Source: a virus
Lineage: Duplodnaviria; Caudoviricetes
Direction: 5' to 3' (one strand)
Virus record (IMG/VR): IMGVR_UViG_3300021420_000036
Coordinates: 1 to 58,700 of that record
Length of the DNA: 58,700 nt
Part shown: one piece after another, positions 47,197 to 57,270 of the stretch
Position numbering within the stretch: position 1 is the stretch's first letter
Layout of the letters: the number at the start of each line of letters is the position of its first letter
Translations under genes and position numbers: made by a program
The notes under the pieces: generated by a model
The model's database searches: none
What the model was told of the DNA's origin: nothing
Seen by the model: the letters and a program-made list of their open reading frames with translations, nothing else

Positions 47197-47919
47197 GTGC
47201 CAATAGAAATCCCCAGTTGGCTTCATGCCCCGGATGTGGCGGCGGATTACGCGAAGGGCTTGGCTTTGGGTTCGCAGGTGGCGGAGGCGAGCCAGCGGTT
47301 GCAGGCGGAGAACACGCGGACGCAAATGGAGGCGCAGGCGCGGGCGCAGAGCCTCAAGCGCGAGCAGACGATGCAGCAGCAGGAACTGGCGACGAAGAAG
47401 GCGTATCAGGACGCGCAGGTGGGGCTCAAGAAACAGCAACTGGACCAGATTGGCGCGATGAACGCGGCCAAGATGAAGGCGGCTGCCGGACACATCGCGG
47501 CGCTGCACAAGTATGGGAGCCTGGTGGGCGGCGGGATGAGCCACCAGGATGCGCTGTTCCAAGTGCCGGAACTGGCGACGCCGCAGAATCTGGCGAGCGC
47601 GCAGAAGACGGATGAGGATTTGGGGAGTCAGCGGCTGGAACTATCCCGGCAGCGGCTGGAATTCCAGCAGCAGCAGGGCGAGGCGAGAAGGAACAAGCCG
47701 GTGGAAGTCGGCGAGCAGGAGAACACGACAACGGACTCCGACACGGGGGAGAAGACGACCACGCGGCGGAAGATTTTTGGCGCGCCGGGGGACAGCGCTG
47801 GCCTGCAACCGAGCAAGGGGAAGATCACGAAGGAACAGGCGAAGGAATTTATCAAGCTCGCCAATGGCGACAAAGAGAAGGCGCGCAAACTGGCCCGGGA
47901 CGCGGGCTATGAACTGTAA
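47197..47919 (+). CDS. Putative ejection protein (coiled coil)
   Basis: Q/A/K-rich; GGAGG RBS upstream. Confidence 0.6.
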   Translation: MPIEIPSWLHAPDVAADYAKGLALGSQVAEASQRLQAENTRTQMEAQARAQSLKREQTMQQQELATKKAYQDAQVGLKKQQLDQIGAMNAAKMKAAAGHIAALHKYGSLVGGGMSHQDALFQVPELATPQNLASAQKTDEDLGSQRLELSRQRLEFQQQQGEARRNKPVEVGEQENTTTDSDTGEKTTTRRKIFGAPGDSAGLQPSKGKITKEQAKEFIKLANGDKEKARKLARDAGYEL

Positions 47920-50900
47920 TGGCGACGGATGTTTTTGATGAAGCAGCAGCCGACACCAGCGCGCCGGCGGGGGATGTGTTTGACGCGGCGTTGCAGGACA
48001 TGGCCCCGTATGGCGAGCCGCCGGCGTTGACGGGACCGGCGGGGGTGGACCCGGCGAGTTTCACGCCGCAGGAAACGCAGGAGATGAACGCGGTGCAGCA
48101 GCCGCAAAGTCTTTGGGAGACGGCGAACACGCCGCTGTCAAAGACGTTCACGGGCGAAAGCCTGGCGGAAAACGTGGAGGGTACGGGCGAGGAGTTGGGC
48201 ACTGCGCTGGGTGGCGGCGACGTGCGGACGTTGACGCCGGAAGAGCGGGCGGCGTTTGACACGCAGCAGTCTCCGACGATGCGGGTGTTGAGTGGCGGCT
48301 CCAAGGGTGTGCTGGATTTGGCGGACAGTTTTGCGACCCCACTGGGCATTGCGACGCTGGGACAGGGATCGCTGCCCAATGCGGCGCAACGGGTGATTTC
48401 CGGGGCGTTTGCCGGGCAGATGTTGAGCGGGTTGCCGGGTGAGGCGGGGCAGTTGAAGAAGGACGTGCAGGCCGGCAACTGGGAACAGGCGGCGCGCGGC
48501 GCGGTGGGTCTGGTGGGTGGGGGGATCATGGCCGGGATGGCGGGGCGTCATGCGCTGGAGCCGGGGCCGGTGGCACCAGTGAAGGTGAAACCGTTCACGA
48601 GTGCGGATGAGTTGCAGCCGATTATTGACAAGCACCTGGGCACGCTGCCGCAGGCGGCGCAGGAAGTGCAGAATTTAACCGCAGAGAACGCAAAGACCGC
48701 AGAGCCGGTGGACCCGAATGAGGTGACGCATACAGCGGAGTATTTCGGCCACGAGTATGAGAAGCGCGGAGGACGATGGTATCAGAAGGGGACAGACCTA
48801 GCAGTGCCACAAGGTGACCCGACGAACTACGGGGACATTCAGGACCGGCAACGCGGCGAATTTATTCAGTCGATTGAACGAGTAGCAAAACCAACACAGG
48901 AGGTGCCAGATGCCAGCGACGAGCAGAAAACAGCAGAGGTTCATGGCGATGTGCAGTCACAATCCGGGGAAAGCCAAAGGGAAGTGCCCGCCGAAGAAAG
49001 TGGCGCGGGAGTTCAGTCACAAACCGCAGGGGGGGTATCCGAAGCCAAGGCCGGTGAAATACCATTGACGGAACTGCCGGAGCCCAAGCCGGAACATTTG
49101 ACGACGACGACGCTGGCGGGCGGGAACAACCCGAAGCCGCCGCTCACGGCGGATTATTACGGCCAACTGGGCGAGGCGGTGAATGATCCGCAGACGTGGC
49201 ACAAGTGGCTGGACCGGATTTTGAAGGGGGACATTGACCCGCAGGAATCGGCGTTTCAACTGGCGGCGTTCATCCGCAAACTGGGACCGGAGAAGGCGGG
49301 GCCGGTGATTGACGCGTTGCGCCAGATGCACGGCGAACAGAAGGCGGCGAACAAGACTTTGTTTGAGACGTTGATGAAGGAGACGGACCCGGCGAAGCGG
49401 GACGCGCTCCAGAACAGCCCGGCGGGACGCAAAATGATGAGCAGCCAGTTCCCGCGCGAGGCGGCGGACCTGGCCGAGGGGGTGGGCACGCTGGACGCGA
49501 TCAAGACGGCCATCGACAAGATTGCGCCGAAAATCGAGCGTGACAATACCCGACAGCCGCCGCAAAGTCCGCCGGATGACACCTTGGGAAAGCCTGCACC
49601 TGGAGTGGATGTTCGACCACCAGCCGGAACTGGTGCGGGCGCTGCACCAGCGGGGGGAACTGCGGCGGCACCTTTACCGGAAGGAACAGGCGGCGCTGCG
49701 GCTGGTGGAGAAGTTCAAGCAGGGGGGCTGGACCGAGGCGCAGTCCCGGGGCGTGGTGCAGGACCAGTTCCTGGAACCGCCCGGCAAGCGGAGCTTGCAA
49801 CCAATATTGGGGAAGGAACGGGAGCAGGTGCTGGAAAAGCTCCGGTAATTTCTGATGTGGAGGTGGCGAAGCGCCGGCTGGCGCTGCACCCGGAAGGGCG
49901 CATCGGCATAAACAGCCTGCAACGGCTGGACAAACTGCCGTATGCACGAGCCAAAGCAGCCATCGACGAATTGGTCAAGGAGGGGTTGATTGAAAAGCAT
50001 CCCGACGGCGGATGGAGAAAAGTTTTGGCGCAGCCGGCGGCGGAAGCCGCAGCACCTCCCGAGCCCGCAAAGTCGGTAACGGAGGCGGCTGGGCCACCTG
50101 GCGGTGGGGCCAAGGTCCCGGAGACGCCGGAACAGTTCCCGCTGATGGACGTGCCGAAGGAGGCGAAGCCGCTAATCGCGGAGCGCCGGCAGATTCAACG
50201 CATCCTGGACAAAATGGATGCGGGCGAAAATACGGACGTGAATGATGAACGGCGCAAGCCGCTGGAAAAAAGATTGGCCGAGATCGAGCGGCAGTTAATG
50301 CCTGCCACGGAAAAACCGATTGAGCAGGCCAAGACCACCGAGCAACCGGCATTGCCGGCTAAGGACGCACCGGCACCCACGCCAGTCAACCCGCCAAAAA
50401 CGGTGGAACCGGTGGCGACGACAGAGAAGTTCACGCTGGAGAATGTGGACGTGCCGGAGGCCCGGCTGGCGTTGAGCCGGATGGAAAGCCCGAGCAAGAA
50501 GTTCAAGGTGCAGCGGACGTTTTTGAAACAGGCGGTGGCGGATGCCGCGCAAACGGCAAAACCAGAGGAGACATTGAGCGCGCCGGCCAAGAAAGCATTG
50601 GAAGAGCGCCGAATGGCGTCCGAAAAACTCAAGACCGCCGTGTTCAAAAAGGACATCGAAGAGCGCGAAAAAGATTTGGCCAAGGCGGACGCGAAGGTGC
50701 GCCAACTGGTGCCGCATGTGGAAATCCATGTGCCGGGGGATGGGATTTTCACGGTGATCAAAACGCGGGAGGCGTTGAAGGATTTTGCGGAGCGGGTGGA
50801 AAAGCGTTTCCCTAAAAGCGCGGCCAAACCGGGCGGGCCGGGATTCGCGCGCGAGGGGGTGACACCGACGCCGAAACTGGGCACGGGCAAGCCCGAGGAT

Positions 50901-53900
50901 ACCCACAAAGCGGCGGCGAGCCACACCAGCACGGATGAAGGACGCCCGACGCTCCAACATATTTACGGGAACGGCCAGGAACTGATTGCGACGGATGGGC
51001 GGCGGATGATCCGCATCATCGAGCCCGGCCACGGCACGCAGAAGAATCCGGTGGCGATGGACCCGGCCACGGGCAAGGAACGCCCCTGGGACGTGAAAAA
51101 GGACGGCGGGCAGTTTCCGGATTACAGCCAGGTGATCCCCAAGAAACGGTTTTACGTGGGCGTGGCGGACACGGAGGCGCTGTGGAAAGCCGCGAAAATG
51201 GCGGAGTTGATGACGGATGACAAAAGCATCCAGATGCAACTGTGGCGGAACCAGGACGGGACCTTTGGGGCGACGAGCAAAAGCCAGGAGGGCGAGGCCG
51301 CGCACAACGTGAAGGACGGCGCGCAACTGATGATGGCCCTGCAACCCAGTTACCTGATTGACGCGCTGGAAAGCGCCCGGCGGCTGGGCAACGAACATGT
51401 GGATTTATACATGGGCGATGCCGGCGAGCTTTCACCCATCACGATCCGGGGAAAAAACTCGGAGGACATCATCATGCCCATGCGGCTGGCGGACACGCCG
51501 GAACCGCCGGGAGTGGGCATGGAGGGCTACAAGAAAGGTTGGTGGGAGGACATCGACGCCAAAATGAAACCGCTGTTCAAAAAGCCGCTGCCCGAGGGTG
51601 TGGCACCGGACAAGAGCGCGGCAGAAAAACTGGCGAAAGAGGAAGCGGCGGCGGAGAAGGCGGCGAAAAACAAACAACCGCCGGGAGTCGGTCCCGCCGG
51701 CCCGGGGCTGGGTGCGGCTATTCCCGAGGAGTTTGCGCCGTCATCGCAGACGCCGACGGGGATTAAAAATGCCACGGTGGACCGGGAACGGGCGGCGCGG
51801 GGGTTGCCATCGGCGATTGAGCCGGCGCGGAAGGGCTTTGGGGAAGTGTGGGACCGTGCCATGGCGCGGATCGACCAGGACGCGCCGGTGCCGGGCGAGA
51901 AACTTTTGCAGGACCGGCTGATTGACGAACTGCGGGCAAAGCCACGGGCGCTCACGGATGAGGAGGACGCGTTGCTGCTGCATCGGCAGATTGATTTGCA
52001 GAATGAGTATGGGAAGGCGACGCGGGACCTGGCGCAGGCGCGGGATGACGGGCGCGCGGAGGATGTGCAGGAACTGGGCCTGCGCACGGCGGCATTGAGT
52101 GACCGGTTGCTGGACCTTTATAACATCAACAAGGCCGCTGGCACGGAGACGGGGCGCGGGCTCAATGCGCGCAAAATGATGGCGAACGAGGATTTTACGC
52201 TGGCCGCAATGGAACTCTCAGCGAGAGCTGCCAAGGGGGGGAGGCGCTTGAACGAAGAGGAAAGCGCGGAAATCACCCGGCTTCATGACAAAATTGCGGC
52301 GATGCAGAAGGCTTATAACGATCATGTGGCGGCGACGGAAAAGACGATCCGGGAACTGGAGACGCGGAAACGCATAAAACGACTCACGGATGAGGAAGCG
52401 GCCAGGCCCAAAGCGACGAAGGGACAGCCGACCGAAGAGGAGCGGCAAGCCACCATTCTGGCGCGGCTGGAGAAGTTGGTCAAAGAGGGGAAGCGGGGCA
52501 GTGACCTGACGAACATCATTCAGCAACTGGCGCGGCACTATGTTCGGAGGGGAGTGAAGGACCGGGACACGCTGGTGGACAAGGTGCATGCGATTGTGGC
52601 GCGGCTGGTGCCGGAGATGGAACGGCGGGACACGATGGACGCGATTTCGGGTTACGGGGATTTCAAACAGTTGAGCAAGGACCAGGTGAGCACCGAACTG
52701 CGGGACCTGAAAGGTCAGATGCAGCAGGTGGCGAAACTGGAGGACATGCAGCGCGGCCAGCCGCCAGAAAAAACGGGCGTGGAACGGCGGACGCCGAGCG
52801 CGGAGGAGCGCCGGTTGATCAAACTGGTGAATGAGGCAAAGCGGAAATTCCAGATACCGGTGACGGACCCGGCGACGCAGTTGAAGAGCAGCCTGGACAC
52901 GCTGAAAACGCGGATGCGAAATCGCACGAAGGAATTGCAGGACAAACTGGACGCGGGTGATTTTTCGCAGAAGCAACCGCCCAAGCCGATTCAGATGGAT
53001 GCGGAGGCGCTGCGGTTGAAGGCGCAACTGGAGCGGACCAAGACGGAGTATTTGACGGGGTTGGAAAAAGACCGGTTGAAGCAACGGACGCCGCTGGAGA
53101 AATTCCAGGACACGCTGGTCAAGTGGCGGAGGGGGTATTTGCTCTCCGGTTTCAGCACGCTGGCGAAACTGGTGAGCGCGGCGGCGGAGCGGATGGCGTT
53201 CAGTCCGCTGGAAGAGGCGGCGGGCAGTGTGCTGGGCAAGGCGTTTCCGAGGTTTGCCGAGCGGACGAGTCGGAAAGTGGGGCTCTCGGTGAGCGCGGAG
53301 GCGAAGGCGATTGCGGACGGATTCACCAAGGGGATGAACGACGCGGCGCAGACGCTCAAAACGGGGCACAGTGACCTGGATGTGTTGTATGGGAAACGCG
53401 ACGTGATGCCGAGGGAGGCGATTGATTTCTTTGGGCAGATACACGGCGCGCTGAAAGCGCCGACGAAACGGAACGAGTTTGCGCGGAGCTTTGAACTGCG
53501 GGTGCAGCAGGCGCTGGACAAGGGCATCGACGCCAGTGACCCGATGGTGCAGACGGGTCTGGCGATGGAGGCTTACAAGGACGCGAACCGTTCCATTTTC
53601 CTGCAAGACAACCGGGTGGTGTCGGCTTACAAGCGGGCGCTCTCGAAGTTCGACGAGGTGGACAAGGAGACGGGCAAGGTGCCGTTCACGAGCAAGGCGG
53701 CGGGGACGGCGGCGCGGGTTGCGCTGCCGATTGTGAAGATACCGACGAACCTGGTGGCGGAGACGATGGATTACGCGCTGGGGACGGTGACCGGCGGGGC
53801 GAAACTGGCCAATGCGTATCGCAAGGGGATTGAGACGCTGCCGCCGGGACAGGCGGACATGATTGCGCGTCAGTTGAAGAAGGGCTCGCTGGGCGCGGCG

Positions 53901-54410
53901 GTGTTGTTGCTGGGATTTTTGAATCCGCAGAACATCGGCGGGTATTATCAGCAAGGCGACAAACGGAACCCGAAGGACGTGAAGGTGGGCAGTGTGCGGG
54001 TGTTCGGCGTGAACATACCGAGTTACCTGGTGCATAATCCGTTGTTGGAGACGTTGCAACTGGGATCGACGATTCGCCGGGTGGCGCAGAGCAAGTTGAA
54101 GAAGAGCGACACGGAGACGCGCGGGCTGGGCTGGGGATTGTGGGCCGGGGCGCTGGGGCTGGCGGATGAGACGCCGTTTTTGCGGGAGGCGGGTGAGTTT
54201 TTGAAACTGGCGAACAAGCAGGAGCAAGGCGCGGCGGCGGGGGAACTGGCGAAGAGTCTGATTGTGCCGCAGGTGTTGAGCGACATCGCGCGGGTGACGG
54301 ATAGAGATGCAAAGGGGAACATCATTGAGCGGAAGCCGGCGACGATTGCGCAGCACGTGAAGACGGGGATACCGGGGCTGAGGGAGACAGTGAAACGAAA
54401 ACCAAAATGA
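47919..54410 (+). CDS. Giant internal virion/ejection (polyvalent-type) protein with a beta-clamp-like domain
   Basis: 2163 aa; helical C-terminal half; DnaN-like motifs ATDGRR, FPDYSQVIP, YLIDAL, IMPMR at about 50900-51490. Confidence 0.72.
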   Translation: MATDVFDEAAADTSAPAGDVFDAALQDMAPYGEPPALTGPAGVDPASFTPQETQEMNAVQQPQSLWETANTPLSKTFTGESLAENVEGTGEELGTALGGGDVRTLTPEERAAFDTQQSPTMRVLSGGSKGVLDLADSFATPLGIATLGQGSLPNAAQRVISGAFAGQMLSGLPGEAGQLKKDVQAGNWEQAARGAVGLVGGGIMAGMAGRHALEPGPVAPVKVKPFTSADELQPIIDKHLGTLPQAAQEVQNLTAENAKTAEPVDPNEVTHTAEYFGHEYEKRGGRWYQKGTDLAVPQGDPTNYGDIQDRQRGEFIQSIERVAKPTQEVPDASDEQKTAEVHGDVQSQSGESQREVPAEESGAGVQSQTAGGVSEAKAGEIPLTELPEPKPEHLTTTTLAGGNNPKPPLTADYYGQLGEAVNDPQTWHKWLDRILKGDIDPQESAFQLAAFIRKLGPEKAGPVIDALRQMHGEQKAANKTLFETLMKETDPAKRDALQNSPAGRKMMSSQFPREAADLAEGVGTLDAIKTAIDKIAPKIERDNTRQPPQSPPDDTLGKPAPGVDVRPPAGTGAGAAPAGGTAAAPLPEGTGGAAAGGEVQAGGLDRGAVPGRGAGPVPGTARQAELATNIGEGTGAGAGKAPVISDVEVAKRRLALHPEGRIGINSLQRLDKLPYARAKAAIDELVKEGLIEKHPDGGWRKVLAQPAAEAAAPPEPAKSVTEAAGPPGGGAKVPETPEQFPLMDVPKEAKPLIAERRQIQRILDKMDAGENTDVNDERRKPLEKRLAEIERQLMPATEKPIEQAKTTEQPALPAKDAPAPTPVNPPKTVEPVATTEKFTLENVDVPEARLALSRMESPSKKFKVQRTFLKQAVADAAQTAKPEETLSAPAKKALEERRMASEKLKTAVFKKDIEEREKDLAKADAKVRQLVPHVEIHVPGDGIFTVIKTREALKDFAERVEKRFPKSAAKPGGPGFAREGVTPTPKLGTGKPEDTHKAAASHTSTDEGRPTLQHIYGNGQELIATDGRRMIRIIEPGHGTQKNPVAMDPATGKERPWDVKKDGGQFPDYSQVIPKKRFYVGVADTEALWKAAKMAELMTDDKSIQMQLWRNQDGTFGATSKSQEGEAAHNVKDGAQLMMALQPSYLIDALESARRLGNEHVDLYMGDAGELSPITIRGKNSEDIIMPMRLADTPEPPGVGMEGYKKGWWEDIDAKMKPLFKKPLPEGVAPDKSAAEKLAKEEAAAEKAAKNKQPPGVGPAGPGLGAAIPEEFAPSSQTPTGIKNATVDRERAARGLPSAIEPARKGFGEVWDRAMARIDQDAPVPGEKLLQDRLIDELRAKPRALTDEEDALLLHRQIDLQNEYGKATRDLAQARDDGRAEDVQELGLRTAALSDRLLDLYNINKAAGTETGRGLNARKMMANEDFTLAAMELSARAAKGGRRLNEEESAEITRLHDKIAAMQKAYNDHVAATEKTIRELETRKRIKRLTDEEAARPKATKGQPTEEERQATILARLEKLVKEGKRGSDLTNIIQQLARHYVRRGVKDRDTLVDKVHAIVARLVPEMERRDTMDAISGYGDFKQLSKDQVSTELRDLKGQMQQVAKLEDMQRGQPPEKTGVERRTPSAEERRLIKLVNEAKRKFQIPVTDPATQLKSSLDTLKTRMRNRTKELQDKLDAGDFSQKQPPKPIQMDAEALRLKAQLERTKTEYLTGLEKDRLKQRTPLEKFQDTLVKWRRGYLLSGFSTLAKLVSAAAERMAFSPLEEAAGSVLGKAFPRFAERTSRKVGLSVSAEAKAIADGFTKGMNDAAQTLKTGHSDLDVLYGKRDVMPREAIDFFGQIHGALKAPTKRNEFARSFELRVQQALDKGIDASDPMVQTGLAMEAYKDANRSIFLQDNRVVSAYKRALSKFDEVDKETGKVPFTSKAAGTAARVALPIVKIPTNLVAETMDYALGTVTGGAKLANAYRKGIETLPPGQADMIARQLKKGSLGAAVLLLGFLNPQNIGGYYQQGDKRNPKDVKVGSVRVFGVNIPSYLVHNPLLETLQLGSTIRRVAQSKLKKSDTETRGLGWGLWAGALGLADETPFLREAGEFLKLANKQEQGAAAGELAKSLIVPQVLSDIARVTDRDAKGNIIERKPATIAQHVKTGIPGLRETVKRKPK
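48910..49068 (+). CDS. Overprinted +1-frame small basic protein
   Basis: GGAGG RBS; MPATSRKQQRFMAMCSHNPGKAKGKCPPKKVAREF. Confidence 0.65.
   Translation: MPATSRKQQRFMAMCSHNPGKAKGKCPPKKVAREFSHKPQGGYPKPRPVKYH
49540..49848 (+). CDS. Overprinted +1-frame ORF
   Basis: Globular-looking sequence over a low-complexity stretch of the host frame; start GTG 49540 or ATG 49576. Confidence 0.55.
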   Translation: MTIPDSRRKVRRMTPWESLHLEWMFDHQPELVRALHQRGELRRHLYRKEQAALRLVEKFKQGGWTEAQSRGVVQDQFLEPPGKRSLQPILGKEREQVLEKLR

Positions 54411-54727
54411 GTATGACGACGGAACAAATCACGGCGGTGGTGACACCGGTGGCGGCGGTGGTGATTGCGTGGCTGCAATTCGGCCAGCGGAAGCAGAGCA
54501 AGGCGAACGGGGACAAACTGGACGCGGTGCATGCGTTGGTGAATTCCAACATGGGGAAGCAGTTGCTGGTGGCGGCGAACCTGGCGCAGCGGGTGGCGGA
54601 CCTGACCAAGGAACCCGGGGACGTGACGGTGGCGGCGGAGGCACGCAAACTTTATGACGCGCACATGGCGGTGCAATCGGCATCCGACGCCCTGAGCAAG
54701 AACTTGGGTGGACTTACCAGTCCATGA
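54407..54727 (+). CDS. Single-TM protein, possible holin
   Basis: N-terminal TM, then KLDAVHALVNSNM; lysis-cassette position. Confidence 0.5.
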   Translation: MSMTTEQITAVVTPVAAVVIAWLQFGQRKQSKANGDKLDAVHALVNSNMGKQLLVAANLAQRVADLTKEPGDVTVAAEARKLYDAHMAVQSASDALSKNLGGLTSP

Positions 54728-54742
54728 GAGCGAAGGTGATGG

Positions 54743-55072
54743 GTGAAGAATTTGTTTTTATGTGGGTTGCTCGTGTGGTTGAGCGGGTGCGCGTTGTTCA
54801 GCAACCCGTCGGTGCCGGCGACGGAGATACGGTTTAATCCGCAGACGGACGCGTTGAAGATCATTTCGCCCAAAAATGTGATGATCCAGAGTGTGGTGAT
54901 CAGCAAGAGCAGCACGAATTTTGCGATGACGGTGACGGGCTACAGTTCAACGAATGACGGCGCGATTGTGAGCACGGTGATGCAGGCGCAGAGTCTGATT
55001 GCCAGCAACGCGGCGGTGACGATCCAGGCCATCACTGCGAACGCGGCGAAAGCGGCGGCGGGGATACCGTGA
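54743..55072 (+). CDS. Lipoprotein (possible spanin or lysis accessory)
   Basis: Lipobox WLSGC. Confidence 0.6.
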   Translation: MKNLFLCGLLVWLSGCALFSNPSVPATEIRFNPQTDALKIISPKNVMIQSVVISKSSTNFAMTVTGYSSTNDGAIVSTVMQAQSLIASNAAVTIQAITANAAKAAAGIP

Positions 55073-55437
55073 TGAAGGCAAACCCGGGGTATGAACATTT
55101 TGATTTGGCGGAAGCGATTTACGCCGTGGCTGCGGCGGTGAATGAACGGTGCGGGTGTCATGGGTCACACGACGCGCCGGCAACGAAACAAGACCTTTTA
55201 GAATTGGAGAAACGAATTATGAGCCAGATTACGGACATCACGGCGGGCATCCAGAAAAACCTGGATGAAATCACGAAGGACATTGCGGCGATCACGGCGG
55301 CGGGGGTGGGAGGCATCCCGGCCTCGGACATCGCGGCACTAACGACGGTGGCGACGAACGTGGCCACGGCAACGACCGCGCTGGACGCGCTGGTGGCGAC
55401 CATTCCGCCCGCGACGCCGGTGACTCCGGCAGTTTAA
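55069..55437 (+). CDS. Coiled-coil hypothetical protein
   Basis: ATKQDLLELEKRIMSQI; A/T-rich tail. Confidence 0.6.
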   Translation: MMKANPGYEHFDLAEAIYAVAAAVNERCGCHGSHDAPATKQDLLELEKRIMSQITDITAGIQKNLDEITKDIAAITAAGVGGIPASDIAALTTVATNVATATTALDALVATIPPATPVTPAV

Positions 55438-55478
55438 AGAACTTGGTTGAGGAACCGAGGTTTGGGTTAATGGGTTGG

Positions 55479-55519
55479 GCCGCACTGGCGTTTTGGACGC
55501 TGGTGCGGCTTTTCGTTTT
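55479..55519 (+). terminator. Intrinsic terminator ending the late operon
   Basis: GCCGCACTGGCG-loop-CGCTGGTGCGGC followed by TTTTCGTTTT. Confidence 0.8.
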
Positions 55520-55789
55520 CTATTCACCGCAGAGGCGCAGAGACGCAGAGGCGGAAGGAAGCGAATTGGGATTTGAACCGGAAGGCAAGGAGCAAGATTG
55601 GCGTTGAAGCGGACTAAAGTCCGCGCTCCTGCGGGTAACGAGGGCCACTTGCCACCGTTCTTTTTAAGGTATTCGCGGACATCGGCCAAGGGGTGAGGAG
55701 GCGGAGGAGAGAGGGCTTTTTGACACGCTATGGGCAAATTCATGCGGCATACTCCGTGCCAAGTACCGCGAAGTAAATGAAAAAAGATG

Positions 55790-55818
55790 TTGACAGTAAG
55801 CGACATCCGACTTAAACA
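55790..55818 (+). promoter_or_regulatory. Promoter TTGACA-N17-TAAACA
   Basis: A-rich UP-like tract upstream; GACTTAAACACC motif. Confidence 0.65.
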
Positions 55819-55918
55819 CCGGAGTATGTAACAACGGACCAGACCAAGTCTGGACTCATGATTAAGAGATGCGAGACGATGCCAACACAGTGTTACAACC
55901 CAAAAACAAAGGACCACT

Positions 55919-56926
55919 ATGACCATTGAAACCATGGAAGGACCGCAGACGACGACCGAAGCGCCGCCGCCGCCCCAAGCGCAGAATGAAAATGCAACCG
56001 CCCTGAGCGAGCGCCATGCTTTGGCGCTCAAGCTCTATCTGAAATACAAGGACAAGGGACGCATTGGCGGTTCGACCGACTGGAAACAGGCGTTCATTGA
56101 CCATCCCGAAGCGAAGCAGATATTGGGCACTAATCCAACGGCGTTGATTGCGAGCATGCGGAGAAGCGGGAAGGTGCCGGGGGAGAAGGTAAAGCGCCAA
56201 AAAATCAGTTATTCAAAGCCGCAGTCTAAGGGCAAAACGCGCAAGGTCATGAGGGCTTTGAGTGCCAAGAGCCAGCGGGCGCTGGACATCATGCTCCAGC
56301 ATGGGGATGAGAATGGTTATCTGGATTATGACAAGCTGGACGCAGAGTCTCCCGGGTGGGACAACCGCATTCCCTCGCGCAAATGGCTGAAAGTCCAGAC
56401 CAATGCGCACCGCAGCACCGGGCTTTTCAAGATTCACAAGCAGGCGAAGGTGGCAGCGGCACCGGCCAAGAGAGAAGAGGCAACGGCAACAACGAAAACG
56501 CGAAAAGGACACCCCCCGAACTCGGCTGACAGACATTTCAACCCGAATCCGCAAATGGTGAGGATTCTGGACTTGATGGTGAAGCACGCGAACGCGGACG
56601 GCACCGGCGTGTCGGTGTATGAAATGGACGCGAAAGCGCCTGGTTGGGACGGGGGTGACAATGAGTTCCGCAAAAAGTTCGGCAACAACGTCATCTACTA
56701 TCGGAAGAGCGGGAACTTCAAGCGATATAAGGACGCGCAGCTTGCATCCAAGATGGGGACAGCCGCGCAACCGATTGTAGCGGCGGACATCGAGCGGCTG
56801 GTGAAGGAACGGGTGCAGGAGCAGATGCAGGCGTTTGTGACGGAGACCCGGTTTTGCTCGCGTTGCGGGAAGGACCGGTTGCCCCAAGTAAGAGCGGAAA
56901 TGTTGACTTCCAACCTCCAAAAATAA
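55919..56926 (+). CDS. Basic protein with an internally repeated domain
   Basis: LDIMLQH...D...PGWD versus LDLMVKH...D...PGWD; C-terminal FCSRCG. Confidence 0.7.
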   Translation: MTIETMEGPQTTTEAPPPPQAQNENATALSERHALALKLYLKYKDKGRIGGSTDWKQAFIDHPEAKQILGTNPTALIASMRRSGKVPGEKVKRQKISYSKPQSKGKTRKVMRALSAKSQRALDIMLQHGDENGYLDYDKLDAESPGWDNRIPSRKWLKVQTNAHRSTGLFKIHKQAKVAAAPAKREEATATTKTRKGHPPNSADRHFNPNPQMVRILDLMVKHANADGTGVSVYEMDAKAPGWDGGDNEFRKKFGNNVIYYRKSGNFKRYKDAQLASKMGTAAQPIVAADIERLVKERVQEQMQAFVTETRFCSRCGKDRLPQVRAEMLTSNLQK

Positions 56927-57270
56927 TGACAACCAATGGACAAAACGTCTGGACACTCGCCAAGTGGGAACCGGTCCCGCCGCCGGACACGCTGGACAAG
57001 GAGAAGCATCACACGATTGCGTTTCTGGCCAAGCAAGCGGATTTCGACTGCCTGATGCTGGCGGAGTTTGGGATGACACTGAAAACCATTGCGGGTTACA
57101 CCGGGCTGACGAAGGGACAGGTGAGTTACCGGCTGCGGAAGGCCAACGTGAAGGTGCAGGACTTCCGCAACGGGCGCGGTCCTTATGCGGCGATGGTGTT
57201 CCAGTATTTGAACAAGCCGGCGAGCCGGCAGTTGATCGCGGATGTGCGGGGAAAGTTTACTGAGGTTTAA
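56926..57270 (+). CDS. HTH DNA-binding protein
   Basis: GMTLKTIAGYTGLTKGQVSYRL. Confidence 0.72.
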   Translation: MTTNGQNVWTLAKWEPVPPPDTLDKEKHHTIAFLAKQADFDCLMLAEFGMTLKTIAGYTGLTKGQVSYRLRKANVKVQDFRNGRGPYAAMVFQYLNKPASRQLIADVRGKFTEV

